A stretch of DNA of 48,427 nt, taken from NCBI GenBank assembly GCA_036833715.1, contig DAITPG010000001.1, positions 1 to 48,427 of the forward strand, in the 5' to 3' direction. Positions 29,351 through 38,876 of this stretch are shown here, piece by piece. Position 1 is the stretch's first letter. Each line of letters begins with the position of its first letter. The position numbers were made by a program, and so were the translations under genes. This DNA comes from Eubacteriaceae bacterium (GTDB taxonomy: Bacteria; Bacillota; Clostridia; Eubacteriales; Anaerofustaceae). The notes below the pieces were generated by a model. It saw only the letters and a list, made by a program, of their open reading frames with translations. It had not been told where the DNA came from and ran no database searches.

Positions 29351-29893
29351 ATGGATGATGAACAGATCATGGATTTATTTTGGCAGCGCAGCGAACAGGC
29401 CATCAGTGAAATGAAAGCGAAATATCAAGCCCTGCTGTTTCGTCTGGCTCAAAATATCGTTTCGCTGCCTGAAAACGCGGAGGAATGTATTAATGACGCC
29501 TATCTTAAATTATGGAATACGATACCTCCCGAAAGACCGATGTCCTTAAAAAACTATGCTTCACGCATCGTGCGCAATTTGGCTATCGATCTATACCGAA
29601 AATCGGCTTCGCCGAAAACCGAGATCGTCGGCATTTGCGAAGAGCTTGAAGATATTTTAAAAGACGGCAAAAACGATTATGAGGCAGCCGAACTGAAGGA
29701 ACTGATCAACTCTTTTTTAGCAACACTCGACCGAGATGCGCGCATTTTATTTGTGCGGCGGTACTGGATGTCCCAGACCATAGAAGAATTATCAAAAAAT
29801 ACGGGGCTAAAACAAAGCACCGTTAAAATGCGGCTTCTGCGCACCAGAGAAAAATTCAGGGATTATCTGAAGATAGGAGGGATCACCGTATGA
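29351..29893 (+). CDS. ECF-type sigma-70 family RNA polymerase sigma factor
   Basis: Region 2 (INDAYLKLWN) and region 4 HTH (IEELSKNTGLKQSTVKMRLLRTREKF). The stop overlaps the next gene (ATGA). Confidence 0.85.
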   Translation: MDDEQIMDLFWQRSEQAISEMKAKYQALLFRLAQNIVSLPENAEECINDAYLKLWNTIPPERPMSLKNYASRIVRNLAIDLYRKSASPKTEIVGICEELEDILKDGKNDYEAAELKELINSFLATLDRDARILFVRRYWMSQTIEELSKNTGLKQSTVKMRLLRTREKFRDYLKIGGITV

Positions 29894-31242
29894 AAGGCTT
29901 GGATTTTTATCAGGCAATGAATTTGATCGATAACCGCTTTATCGACGAAGCGCTTGCGGAGCAAAATGATAAAACCGTTCGAAGGACAGATTTTTTGCCA
30001 ATCAAACATTTTTTGGCGGCTGCCGCTTTGTTTTTATTGGTTTTCACAGCGGTGATCAACCTGTTTCCCAAGACCGCCTACGCCGTAAGCAAAATTCCGC
30101 TCATCGGAGATTTGGCTAAGATCGTTACTTTTGACCCAAGCATGCGCGCCTGCTTAAAAAATAATTACGCGCAATACGTGGGAGAAACCCAAACAATCAA
30201 AGGCATCCGATCCGAAGTCTGCTTTATGGTGGTGGACGCCAATTCGATATCCGTTTTTTTTAAGTCCGATTTGCCACACATCCCGAATGCTGACGGCAAT
30301 ATGATTTTTCATGCAGATATCAGCAATGCGGACGGAAGCATCATCCCCAGTTGCGGCGGTATCAATGAAACCCGGATCAATAACTTTTATGAATTTCGCA
30401 TGGATCTTCAGGATGATACGCCGATTCCCGAAGTCATCACACTTCATCTTACCTACTATTCGCGCGCGGCGGAAGGCGAGGCTTACACCATCAACGAGGG
30501 AAAAGCTGAATACACTCTTCATCCGGACAAAACCTATGCGCAGGTCGTGAAAAGCTACGATATCCATGTCACCAAAACCATCATGGGACAGAACGTGCAT
30601 TTCGACAGGTTAGATGTATACCCTACCAAATCGAAGCTATACGTTAGCACCGATGAAGCCAATACAGCCTTGTTAAAAAATATTGAAATCACCTTATATG
30701 ATGATAAGGGAAATGCGTATGAAGCGAAGCAAAACGGTTTGACCGCGCTGACAGAAGACTTACAAATACTGGCTAAACTCTATGAAAGCCCGTATTTTTC
30801 ACAAACCAAAACCATAACGGCCATAGTCAGCGGCGTTGCTTTTATGGATAAATCCAAGGTGTACGGCGCGGTAGATTACGCGAACAAGTCGATCAGTAAT
30901 CTGCCTGCTGATGTCAGCGTGGCATCCATGATTTTGGACGATCAAAACACTTTGGAGATCGCCTTGAAGGTCTATCGGCCGAATGGCAAGGGCTTTCAGC
31001 AAATGGCCGGCAATTACAAAGATGTTAACGGCAACGAGTATTATTTTGACCATATTGATTTTATGCTTTCCTACTGGTCCACGTATTTGAACCGTGAGAT
31101 TGCCAAAGAGAGCGAAGGGTACAGCTATCAGGTGATTTCGATACCCGCTTACGAAGACGGGAAATATCAAATCATTTGGAATTACGCGCCAACAGAACCG
31201 CTGGCCGACCCGATCGAAATTACGATCCATAACGGAAATTAA
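29890..31242 (+). CDS. Putative anti-sigma factor, single-pass membrane protein with a large extracytoplasmic domain
   Basis: 450 aa. Translationally coupled to the sigma gene. One TM segment at about residues 40-60, DUF4179-like layout. Confidence 0.55.
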   Translation: MKGLDFYQAMNLIDNRFIDEALAEQNDKTVRRTDFLPIKHFLAAAALFLLVFTAVINLFPKTAYAVSKIPLIGDLAKIVTFDPSMRACLKNNYAQYVGETQTIKGIRSEVCFMVVDANSISVFFKSDLPHIPNADGNMIFHADISNADGSIIPSCGGINETRINNFYEFRMDLQDDTPIPEVITLHLTYYSRAAEGEAYTINEGKAEYTLHPDKTYAQVVKSYDIHVTKTIMGQNVHFDRLDVYPTKSKLYVSTDEANTALLKNIEITLYDDKGNAYEAKQNGLTALTEDLQILAKLYESPYFSQTKTITAIVSGVAFMDKSKVYGAVDYANKSISNLPADVSVASMILDDQNTLEIALKVYRPNGKGFQQMAGNYKDVNGNEYYFDHIDFMLSYWSTYLNREIAKESEGYSYQVISIPAYEDGKYQIIWNYAPTEPLADPIEITIHNGN

Positions 31243-31293
31243 AAAGATCATTCTAGAATGAATCCTTAGCAGCGTTAAAACACACGGAGAATC

Positions 31294-31338
31294 AAAAAAA
31301 CCCGGCTCACGATTCAAGAAAAATCGTCAGCCGGGTTT
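31294..31338 (-). terminator. Terminator of the pit/phoU-like operon
   Basis: Long hairpin AAACCCGGCT...AGCCGGGTTT with an inner ACGATT/AATCGT stem. A T7 run follows it on the minus strand. Confidence 0.65.
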
Positions 31339-31349
31339 ACATTCAATAA

Positions 31350-31976
31350 TCAGCTTTTGGAAACCAGTATTTTTTCCACCATGTCGGCTACGTTTTCGCA
31401 GCAATCAAGCGTGTCTTCAAGCAGCTGATAGATTTCTTTGTTTTTGATGATTTTAATGGGATCTTTCTCATTTTCAAAAAGGTCTTTCATGCTGTCAAAA
31501 TAAGCGCGGTCACCCTCTTCTTCGATGTGGTTGATCTCAATGATCAATTCAATGCTTTTTCGAAGGCTCTTTTTGAACTTTTTGATTTCCTTCATCAGCT
31601 CATAAAGCTTTTCGCAGGATGTGACGAGATACTCCATAAAGCGGTTGATGTACTTATTGGATTCGGTGACGCTCATGATATGGATGTGGTTGGCAACGGC
31701 GTCGATGCTGTCCGTGATGTTTTCGATGCCCTTTAATATTTCGATGATGTCCGTACGGTCGATGGGTGTCACAAAAGCCACCTCAATGACTTTAAGGCAT
31801 TCGTGCACATGCTTGTCGCCGTCGTGCTCGGCATCCTTGACCAGTTTTAATTCATCCTTGTTGATGATGCCGTCGATAAAGGCGGACTGAAGTCTTTTGG
31901 CCGCTTCCAGCGAAATGGCTACGCCTTCTGCGAACATTTCAAAATAATCAACATTTTTTCTGCTGATGGAACTCAT
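31350..31976 (-). CDS. DUF47 family (PhoU-like) phosphate transport regulator
   Basis: 208-aa helical protein. Conserved partner downstream of a PiT transporter, with an EEEGD motif. Confidence 0.85.
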   Translation of the reverse strand: MSSISRKNVDYFEMFAEGVAISLEAAKRLQSAFIDGIINKDELKLVKDAEHDGDKHVHECLKVIEVAFVTPIDRTDIIEILKGIENITDSIDAVANHIHIMSVTESNKYINRFMEYLVTSCEKLYELMKEIKKFKKSLRKSIELIIEINHIEEEGDRAYFDSMKDLFENEKDPIKIIKNKEIYQLLEDTLDCCENVADMVEKILVSKS

Positions 31977-31993
31977 AATTTAATACCTCGTTT

Positions 31994-33034
31994 TTAAAAA
32001 ATCATTCTGAATGCGGATGCAAATACATATCCCAGCAGCATACATGCGGGGAAGGTGAAGATCCATGCCAGGATCATTTCCCGGGCAATGCCCCAATTTA
32101 CGGCACCCTTGCCTTTGGAAGCGCCCGCGCCCATCATGGCGGTGGCCTTGGTATTGGTGGTGCTGAGCGGGATTCCGTAAAGTGTGGCGGCGATCATACT
32201 GAAAGAGGCGACAATTTCCGCCGCAAAACCCTGATATTTTTCAAGCTGCACCATTTCCATGCCCATGGTTTTGATAATTCGGTAACCGCCCACCGAGGTG
32301 CCGACGGCCATGATTACGGAACACATCAGCATAATCCAAAACGGAATAGACATATTGATGCCCGGATCGATCGTATAAACACCGCCGATCACCAGCGCAA
32401 GGTAGAAAATACCCATAAATTTCTGCCCGTCCTGCGCACCGTGGCTAAAAGCCATCAGGGAAGCGCTCACGACTTGTCCCGCCGAAAAGAATTTGTTTGC
32501 TCTCTGCCGGTGAACGTTTCTGCAGGTGATTTCAATCAGCTTGGTTCCCAGAAAACCCAGGCCGAAACCGACGAAAGTCGAAATACCCAAACCGTATACA
32601 ACCTTGAGCAGAGAAGCGCCGTTGAATGCGCTCACACCATTCAGCGACATACCGGCGCCCATCAGCCCGGCAATGAGGGCATGGCTTTCGCTGGTGGGGA
32701 TGCCGAATTTCCAGGCCGAAACCGCCCAGATCACAATGGAGAGCTGCGCCGCGCCCAGCGTCACGAGCGCTTCCGTGCCCGTACCGATGGATACCACGTT
32801 AGCGGTCGTCGTTGCGACCGCGGTGCCCATAAAAAACACACCCAATAGGTTAAAGGTTGCGCCGAGCAAAATGGCGACGTTGGGGCTGAGCACCCGGGTG
32901 GAGACAACGGTGGCAATAGCGTTGGGAGAATCCGTCCATCCGTTTACAAAGATGGAACAGCATACAAGAAAAACTACAATAACGATTCCTAGTGTCATTG
33001 GATCCTCAATTCTCGTTTTTTTGGCAATTTTCAT
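31994..33034 (-). CDS. pit: Inorganic phosphate transporter, PiT family
   Basis: 346 aa. GWTDSPNAIATVV and GAQDGQKFMG (PHO4 signatures). Confidence 0.92.
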   Translation of the reverse strand: MKIAKKTRIEDPMTLGIVIVVFLVCCSIFVNGWTDSPNAIATVVSTRVLSPNVAILLGATFNLLGVFFMGTAVATTTANVVSIGTGTEALVTLGAAQLSIVIWAVSAWKFGIPTSESHALIAGLMGAGMSLNGVSAFNGASLLKVVYGLGISTFVGFGLGFLGTKLIEITCRNVHRQRANKFFSAGQVVSASLMAFSHGAQDGQKFMGIFYLALVIGGVYTIDPGINMSIPFWIMLMCSVIMAVGTSVGGYRIIKTMGMEMVQLEKYQGFAAEIVASFSMIAATLYGIPLSTTNTKATAMMGAGASKGKGAVNWGIAREMILAWIFTFPACMLLGYVFASAFRMIF

Positions 33035-33200
33035 ACATAATTACCATTTTTGAATTTTACATGTTATTTACTATAGATTTACAAAGTATTTACAATTCAG
33101 TATATCATAAACCAGCCCCGCGTTAATAACAGTAATAATCTCTTTTCCTTTAATTTACCTTAATTTTACCTATAATTTACATATATTTTGGATGTCCAAA

Positions 33201-33233
33201 CAAAAAAATCGATACCGTATTTCGGTATCGATT
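33201..33233 (-). terminator. Intrinsic terminator after the PH-domain gene
   Basis: 11-bp stem AATCGATACCG / CGGTATCGATT. A T7 run follows it on the minus strand. Confidence 0.65.
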
Positions 33234-33252
33234 CGTTTAGATAAATATTGGT

Positions 33253-33627
33253 TTACAGTATGTATTTGCTGATGTGTTTATTGAAGCCTCGGATATCAAA
33301 GTTACCTTTGAATTCAAATTTAACTCGGCCCAATCCGCTGAACCATAATTCCATTTCACAGTCCAGATCAAGCGCTCCGGCGGTTTCCACCGAAAATGCC
33401 TGGATTTTGCTGTAAGGCAGCGATGTAAAGTCCTTTTTGGATCCCGTAAGCCCCTGCACATTGACAGCGATCGCACGTTTTGTCGTAAATACCACCAAAT
33501 CACGCACGGTTCTGAATGTCGCAAAGATTTCTTCCCCTTCGATCAGCATCGGATTGACCATCTGAAGCCCTTCCGAATTGTCAACAGGTTTCAATTTGAG
33601 ATAATCGGCATTTTTAAAATCGATCAT
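33253..33627 (-). CDS. Bacterial PH-domain protein (YokE/bPH-like)
   Basis: 124 aa. The pattern LIEGEEI...FRTVRDLVVFTTKRAIAVNVQG...SLPYSKIQAFSVET is typical of bacterial PH domains. Confidence 0.7.
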   Translation of the reverse strand: MIDFKNADYLKLKPVDNSEGLQMVNPMLIEGEEIFATFRTVRDLVVFTTKRAIAVNVQGLTGSKKDFTSLPYSKIQAFSVETAGALDLDCEMELWFSGLGRVKFEFKGNFDIRGFNKHISKYIL

Positions 33628-33817
33628 AGTACCATCCCCTTTTTTTATTTAATTTCGCATTGCGAAATTTTCACAATTCCGGTTTTTATGTCTGCCCTGA
33701 TGTCCTTAGTTAGGTTAGCGATCTTTAAGAGGCGAATTAATTATAACATATAAATTATTCTTTTTGAGCTGTTACTAAGATTTTTTGGCATTTTACGACC
33801 GTTTTCGACAGAGGATA

Positions 33818-35263
33818 TCATTCGTCGTAATTTTTGATCAGCATTTCATAAAACATGATCATACGGCTATAATTTTCGATAGTGATCGATTCATTTGCCG
33901 CGTGCATGCTGGCTTGATCCGCGCTGTCGATGAGAGCGGGCATAAAGCGGTAAACATGATTGCTCACCGAATAATACTTGCGCGCGTCCGTGCCGCCCAT
34001 GACCAGATAAGGCGAAGGGATCGCATTGGGATACACCCGTTTGATCGTATCGATCAGCTTGTCATAACCGCGTCCGCTCATTTCCGAGATCGGAGAGGCT
34101 TCCTCAAGCAGCAATCCTTCGATCTGAGCCGGGATGTCTCTGCAAGCCGTGCGGATAAACTCGACCGCGTCCTTGGATGTATTCCCCGGCAGCACCCGTG
34201 AATTCACGATCAGCTCAGCGGACTGCGGCAGCACGTTGGGCGCATCGCTGCCTTTCGCCATGGTTACAGCGAAGGTCGTACGGATCATCGCGTTGGTTGA
34301 GGGAGAAGCGGATAAAATTTTCAGCAGCAGGGGCTTAAACAGCCATAAATTGCTGACCGCCATCTTGACGGCAAAACCCATTTCGCTGCAGATGTTTTTC
34401 AAAAGCGTCAATACGGGCGGCGTTAAAATCGGCTTCATCGCACTGTTTTCAATGCGGGTAGCTATGCTTGCGATATCGCCCAAGGCGGAATGCTTCGGCG
34501 GCATGGAGGAATGCCCGCCCTTGGCTTTTACCGTCAGCTTGATATTGTTAAATCCCTTTTCTGCAACGCCGATAAGCGCGATCGGGCTTTTTACACCCTT
34601 GATCGCATCCGTGATCACTACCCCACCTTCATCATAAACAGCATCAAAACGAATCCGGTTTTCGTTAAAATATTCAGCGATTTTTATGGCCCCATTGGCT
34701 CCGCCGGTCTCTTCGTCCTGGCCGAAGGCAAAATAAAGGCTACGCTTAAAAACATATCCTTCTTCCAGAAGTATTTCGGCGGTCTGCATCAGCGCCATCA
34801 CTTCATTTTTATCATCCAGCGCGCCGCGCCCGTGCACCCTACCATCGGCAATCACTCCACTGAAAGGAGGATAGGTCCATAACTCAGGCAGCTCGGCCGG
34901 CACCACATCATAATGCGCAAGAAACAAAACCGGTTCCAAGCCCTCGTCCGTGCCCTTTATATGATAGACCAGTCCGTGTACATTGATTTTTGTCAAGATG
35001 AAATTTTTATGTACCAAAGGAAACGATTTTTCCAAAAAGTTCTGAAAACGCACATACTCTTCGGTATCTAACTGCGCATAATCCATTGAGGCTACGGTTT
35101 TAAATTGCAGCGCTTCAGCAAGTTTTTCGGCATACGCCAAATTCTCCTGCGGTTTTATAGGCTTGGTTCCGCTTGGAGCCGCCTCCGTTTTAAATGTTAC
35201 AGTACGGATCAGCACAATGGCAATAATTGCCAATATAAGGCCGCCGAGCACATATCCCGCCAT
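33818..35263 (-). CDS. M20/M25/M40 family metallopeptidase with an N-terminal membrane anchor
   Basis: 481 aa. HYDVVP, GRGALDDK and GQDEETGG motifs of the M20 family. Confidence 0.85.
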   Translation of the reverse strand: MAGYVLGGLILAIIAIVLIRTVTFKTEAAPSGTKPIKPQENLAYAEKLAEALQFKTVASMDYAQLDTEEYVRFQNFLEKSFPLVHKNFILTKINVHGLVYHIKGTDEGLEPVLFLAHYDVVPAELPELWTYPPFSGVIADGRVHGRGALDDKNEVMALMQTAEILLEEGYVFKRSLYFAFGQDEETGGANGAIKIAEYFNENRIRFDAVYDEGGVVITDAIKGVKSPIALIGVAEKGFNNIKLTVKAKGGHSSMPPKHSALGDIASIATRIENSAMKPILTPPVLTLLKNICSEMGFAVKMAVSNLWLFKPLLLKILSASPSTNAMIRTTFAVTMAKGSDAPNVLPQSAELIVNSRVLPGNTSKDAVEFIRTACRDIPAQIEGLLLEEASPISEMSGRGYDKLIDTIKRVYPNAIPSPYLVMGGTDARKYYSVSNHVYRFMPALIDSADQASMHAANESITIENYSRMIMFYEMLIKNYDE

Positions 35264-35321
35264 AAATATCCCTTCTTTCTGATGGTTTACAAATTCTTAT
35301 CTAAATGGAACGAAACGAGTG

Positions 35322-36311
35322 CTACGCGTAAAACATCAGGTCAATAAAATCATCCGCCGTAAAATTGATGATGGTGTTTTCAAAGCCGATCTCCTTTAAA
35401 CGCCCACGCATCTCGGGTTCGTTGAACAGAGCGCCTTTTAAAGCTTCTTCAAGCTCTTCAATGCTTCGTCCAAAGAAAAAATCGCCGTAAATCTTTGCTT
35501 CACGGATAACACCGGCGGAGACATCCATGCGCAGCTCCACGATTCCCGCCTCATATTTTTTCTTCTTTGTGAAAGCAAAATCGGGTGATGCGCCGTAATT
35601 ATGCTCCCATGTGGAAAACTTATCTTTTACGCTTTGTTCGATATGCGCGATATCCTGTTGAGTCAGGCAATATTCCTCAAAATCAATGTTCTCATAAAAT
35701 GATTTCAGCAAATGCTCCTTAAATTCACTGATGCTTATCGGTGTTTTTAAGTAACCGCTCAAATTGGCCACCCTGCTGCGTACCGAATCGATAGCTTTGG
35801 ATTCGATTTTCATCTGGCTGACATTGAGGGCGTTCACTAAATTTTCGATATTCACGTCAAACATCAGCGTGCCGTGATGCAGAATCTTGTCTCTGTTCAT
35901 ATACTGGGCGTTGCCGCTGAATTTTTTCCCTTCGATAAGGATATCGTTGCGTCCGCTCAGTTCGGCTTCAATACCAAGCTTGCCGAGCGCTTCGATTACC
36001 GGCAGCGTATATTTTTTAAAATCGATATGGTCGTTTTCTTTTCTCCTAAATACAAAGGAAAAGTTAAGATTTCCGCCGTCGTGATAGACAGCGCCTCCTC
36101 CGGATATCCTTCGGGCTATATGGATATGGTTGTCCTTCACAAATTTACTGTTGATTTCTGCGATGGTGTTCTGGTGCTTTCCGATGATTACGGAAGGCTC
36201 ATGAATATAAAAGAATACATAATCGTCGTCAAACTTTTCATCCGTCATCATATAATCTTCCAGCGCCATATTGTAGTAGGGGATCGGCCAATCGGTTTTA
36301 ATGTACTTCAT
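35322..36311 (-). CDS. lplA: Lipoate-protein ligase A
   Basis: RRISGGGAVYHDGGN and KFSGNA motifs. Start trimmed to ATG 36311, which has an AGGAG SD. Confidence 0.9.
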   Translation of the reverse strand: MKYIKTDWPIPYYNMALEDYMMTDEKFDDDYVFFYIHEPSVIIGKHQNTIAEINSKFVKDNHIHIARRISGGGAVYHDGGNLNFSFVFRRKENDHIDFKKYTLPVIEALGKLGIEAELSGRNDILIEGKKFSGNAQYMNRDKILHHGTLMFDVNIENLVNALNVSQMKIESKAIDSVRSRVANLSGYLKTPISISEFKEHLLKSFYENIDFEEYCLTQQDIAHIEQSVKDKFSTWEHNYGASPDFAFTKKKKYEAGIVELRMDVSAGVIREAKIYGDFFFGRSIEELEEALKGALFNEPEMRGRLKEIGFENTIINFTADDFIDLMFYA

Positions 36312-36330
36312 AGAGTTTCTCCTAATTTTT

Positions 36331-37014
36331 CTATTTGAATGATTTCCCTTTCGGGCAAACCGCGGCGCAGATGCCGCAGACAAACCCCCTGCCTATTTTG
36401 GAAAAATGCTCCGACATAAACTCGCTGCAATAACGCGGATCATAGATCGCATCGCGCGGCATTCCCTGTTCCCAGATCGTGCCTTTCAGTGCGCTTGCGG
36501 GGCAGGCCTTCACGCAAACCGTGCAGTTTGCGCAATCGGAACGAACAATCGGCTCGCCGCAGTTGAGCGGCGCGTCGGTGAGGATGGTTCCCAGCCGTAC
36601 CCGCGGGCCAAATTCTTTATGTATAAGCAGCCCGTTTTTACCGATATAACCTAATCCGGCCAGCGTGGCCGCGCTTTTATGCGAAAAATCGGATGTATAC
36701 TCCGAACGCGCGCCGGTGCTTTGCGAAGCGGAGATTGGGTAGGCTTTATATCCTATGTTCTCAATAAGATGGGATAGTCGCAGCGTGATGTGATTGATGA
36801 GCTCATTGACGGCCTTATAATGGGCATAGTAACCGTAGGTGGGCCCGTTTGCGATCTCATCCATCACGGGGTCAAGCATTTTTACCGCCACGCTTACAGC
36901 CTTATTATAATGTGCCAGACCGAATACGGTGATATCGGCAACGCCGATATCGGCGGCGCCCAGCCCTATCCCCGTCTCTTTCAGGAAGCCTTCAGTCAAA
37001 AAATTCTTTTCCAC
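36331..37014 (-). CDS. 4Fe-4S double-cluster protein, epoxyqueuosine reductase (QueG)-like
   Basis: 227 aa. Two ferredoxin-type motifs (CANCTVCVKACP and CGICAAVCP) behind a QueG/RdhA-like core. Confidence 0.65.
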   Translation of the reverse strand: MEKNFLTEGFLKETGIGLGAADIGVADITVFGLAHYNKAVSVAVKMLDPVMDEIANGPTYGYYAHYKAVNELINHITLRLSHLIENIGYKAYPISASQSTGARSEYTSDFSHKSAATLAGLGYIGKNGLLIHKEFGPRVRLGTILTDAPLNCGEPIVRSDCANCTVCVKACPASALKGTIWEQGMPRDAIYDPRYCSEFMSEHFSKIGRGFVCGICAAVCPKGKSFK

Positions 37015-37099
37015 CTGATTCTCCTCGTTATTTTGTTTATTTTAGCAGAATACGAACGCGAATACAATAACGAATCTTTTGACGGCACGAGAAGACCGC

Positions 37100-37177
37100 A
37101 AAAAAGCAACCAGCAGCGTAACCTTGTCCACACTGTCCACAGCAAAGACAGAGTCGGAAGGCTGCGCTGCTGATTGC
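37100..37177 (-). terminator. Long imperfect hairpin plus U6 (terminator of the small-ORF unit)
   Basis: 13-bp outer stem (37106-37118 with 37165-37177, one mismatch) and inner CCTT/AAGG and CTGTC/GACAG pairs. On the minus strand it is followed by TTTTTT. Confidence 0.4.
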
Positions 37178-37226
37178 TTAATAAGGGGGAATGTTCATAG
37201 TCTATTTGAAATTTTGATTGGATGGG

Positions 37227-37382
37227 CTACCGGATGGGTTCTTTGGTATAGATATAAATTTTGTCGCCGAAAATCCCCAAATAACATACTTTTTGTTCTT
37301 TTGACGGCTGCTTTTTGATGACCTTTACACGGTCATTGATGATCTTTGGGGGGGTGTCCTTTTCATTTAGCAACTTATTCAA
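37227..37382 (-). CDS. Unannotated small ORF (51 aa, TTG start)
   Basis: GGAGG (37392-37396), 9 nt, then TTG. Hand translation gives MNKLLNEKDTPPKIINDRVKVIKKQPSKEQKVCYLGIFGDKIYIYTKEPIR. Below the ORF-track size cut-off. A terminator-like hairpin lies downstream. Confidence 0.3.
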   Translation of the reverse strand: MNKLLNEKDTPPKIINDRVKVIKKQPSKEQKVCYLGIFGDKIYIYTKEPIR

Positions 37383-37632
37383 TATTCTACTCCTCCTGAG
37401 GTTAGTATAGATGATTAAGATGTAAAAATTTGGCGTAATATGTCAGTAAAGAAGAAAATTTCACAAAAAATACAAAAAAACCTACTTTCCTGCATGATCG
37501 GCTCATAAAAGAGAATAACCTGTTGTTTCCCGCCGAATCTTAACTTTCTCTTAGCTGCGGCAGAAGAAAAATAACATAAAGCGAAAGGCAGCTTCGTATA
37601 TTCATATTAAAAATACAAATATCGGAGCGATT

Positions 37633-38337
37633 ATGAAATTAAAAAATCCCGTGCTGTTAAGACTGGCCGCATTTGTTCTTTTGCTGATACTCTCAGGTCT
37701 TGTCTTCATCGTCTCGGTGTACGGCGAAAACAGCCTGCCGACGGTGGCAGCCAACAATATCATAGTATTGATCGATCCCGGCCACGGCGGTCAGGATCCG
37801 GGAAAAGCGGGGCGCTTGAAGGACGAATCGGTTATCAATCTGTCCGTTTCGCTCAAGCTTTCCGAACTGCTTAAAAACAAAGGCTTTTATGTGGTGCTAA
37901 CAAGAAGTGACGAAAACGGCCTTTATGCGCAGGGAAGCACGGCATGGGACAAAGACGAGGATATGACAATCCGAAAAAACATGATCAAATCCAGCAACGC
38001 GTCGATTGCGATCAGCATCCACCAAAATTCCTATCCCGATTCCACCTGCCGCGGAGCTCAGATATTTTATTCGGATAATCTTGAAGCCAATGCCAAACTG
38101 GCGGATATCCTTCAGAAGCAGTTAAAGCCGGTTTCGCCTTTTGATAACAAACGCCAGCCGCAGATCAATAACAGTTTAAAGATGATCCGTGACAATGACA
38201 TCCCCTCCGCCATTGTGGAATGCGGCTTTTTAAGCAACAAGGAGGAAGAATATCTGCTGAATACGGACGAATACCAGCAAAAGTTGGCGCAGGCGGTTTA
38301 CGAAAGCATTTGCATCTTTTACGACATTGAGCCTTAA
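37633..38337 (+). CDS. cwlD: N-acetylmuramoyl-L-alanine amidase (Amidase_3; CwlD-like)
   Basis: 234 aa. N-terminal TM, then IDPGHGGQDPG, ISIHQNS and ECGFLSN motifs. Confidence 0.8.
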   Translation: MKLKNPVLLRLAAFVLLLILSGLVFIVSVYGENSLPTVAANNIIVLIDPGHGGQDPGKAGRLKDESVINLSVSLKLSELLKNKGFYVVLTRSDENGLYAQGSTAWDKDEDMTIRKNMIKSSNASIAISIHQNSYPDSTCRGAQIFYSDNLEANAKLADILQKQLKPVSPFDNKRQPQINNSLKMIRDNDIPSAIVECGFLSNKEEEYLLNTDEYQQKLAQAVYESICIFYDIEP

Positions 38338-38407
38338 AACAACATGCAAAAAGGCCGGGCGATAAAAATAAAAAAAATTCAACAAACACTATGCATTTAT
38401 CCTCAAC

Positions 38408-38418
38408 TGTGCTATACT
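38408..38418 (+). promoter_or_regulatory. Extended -10 promoter for the tRNA
   Basis: TGcTATACT ends 17 nt upstream of the tRNA 5' end. No good -35 element. Confidence 0.35.
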
Positions 38419-38434
38419 ATAGAACGCACCATGT

Positions 38435-38511
<77 letters not shown>

Positions 38512-38523
38512 TTTTATCGCATC

Positions 38524-38551
38524 ATAAGCCGATTTTACGGCTTATTTTTTT
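38524..38551 (+). terminator. Intrinsic terminator after the tRNA
   Basis: ATAAGCCG-ATTTTA-CGGCTTAT hairpin followed by T7. Confidence 0.7.
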
Positions 38552-38605
38552 ATCTTCAATCATAATTTAACCAATATTTAACTAATGAGTATTTTTGTTG
38601 AAAAC

Positions 38606-38845
38606 TTAATATTTACCCTCAACAAACCAGCGAGGATCTTCGAACCACAAATACGTTTTCTTCCCATTGACCATAATGGTATATCTTAATCCTATTCCAC
38701 CTGCGTCAATGCTGGCAGCACGCATGCTTTCAATGACCTTATCGATTTCAAAGATGCGGCCATCCTCCCATATGATTTTAAGTGGAGTAACGCTTCCATC
38801 TTCATTGAATTTAACATCTACACCGACAAATACTTTTCTTTTCAA
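38606..38845 (-). CDS. Small hypothetical protein (79 aa, TTG start)
   Basis: ORF only, with no convincing SD. The sequence PLKIIWEDGRIFEIDKVIESMRAASIDAGGIGLRYT...WFVE resembles a small conserved family seen in Clostridia mobile elements, by recollection only. Confidence 0.4.
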   Translation of the reverse strand: MKRKVFVGVDVKFNEDGSVTPLKIIWEDGRIFEIDKVIESMRAASIDAGGIGLRYTIMVNGKKTYLWFEDPRWFVEGKY

Positions 38846-38876
38846 TTTAATCTAAATAATCTTCTCAAATATGTAT

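Noticed and set aside
9542-36383. Upstream extensions of several track ORFs: 9542, 12632, 13314, 16468, 19889, 24193, 25414, 27407, 29318 and 36383
   Set aside because: In each case an internal ATG with a proper Shine-Dalgarno sequence matches the conserved N-terminus of the family. The extensions are read-through of intergenic sequence or use TTG.
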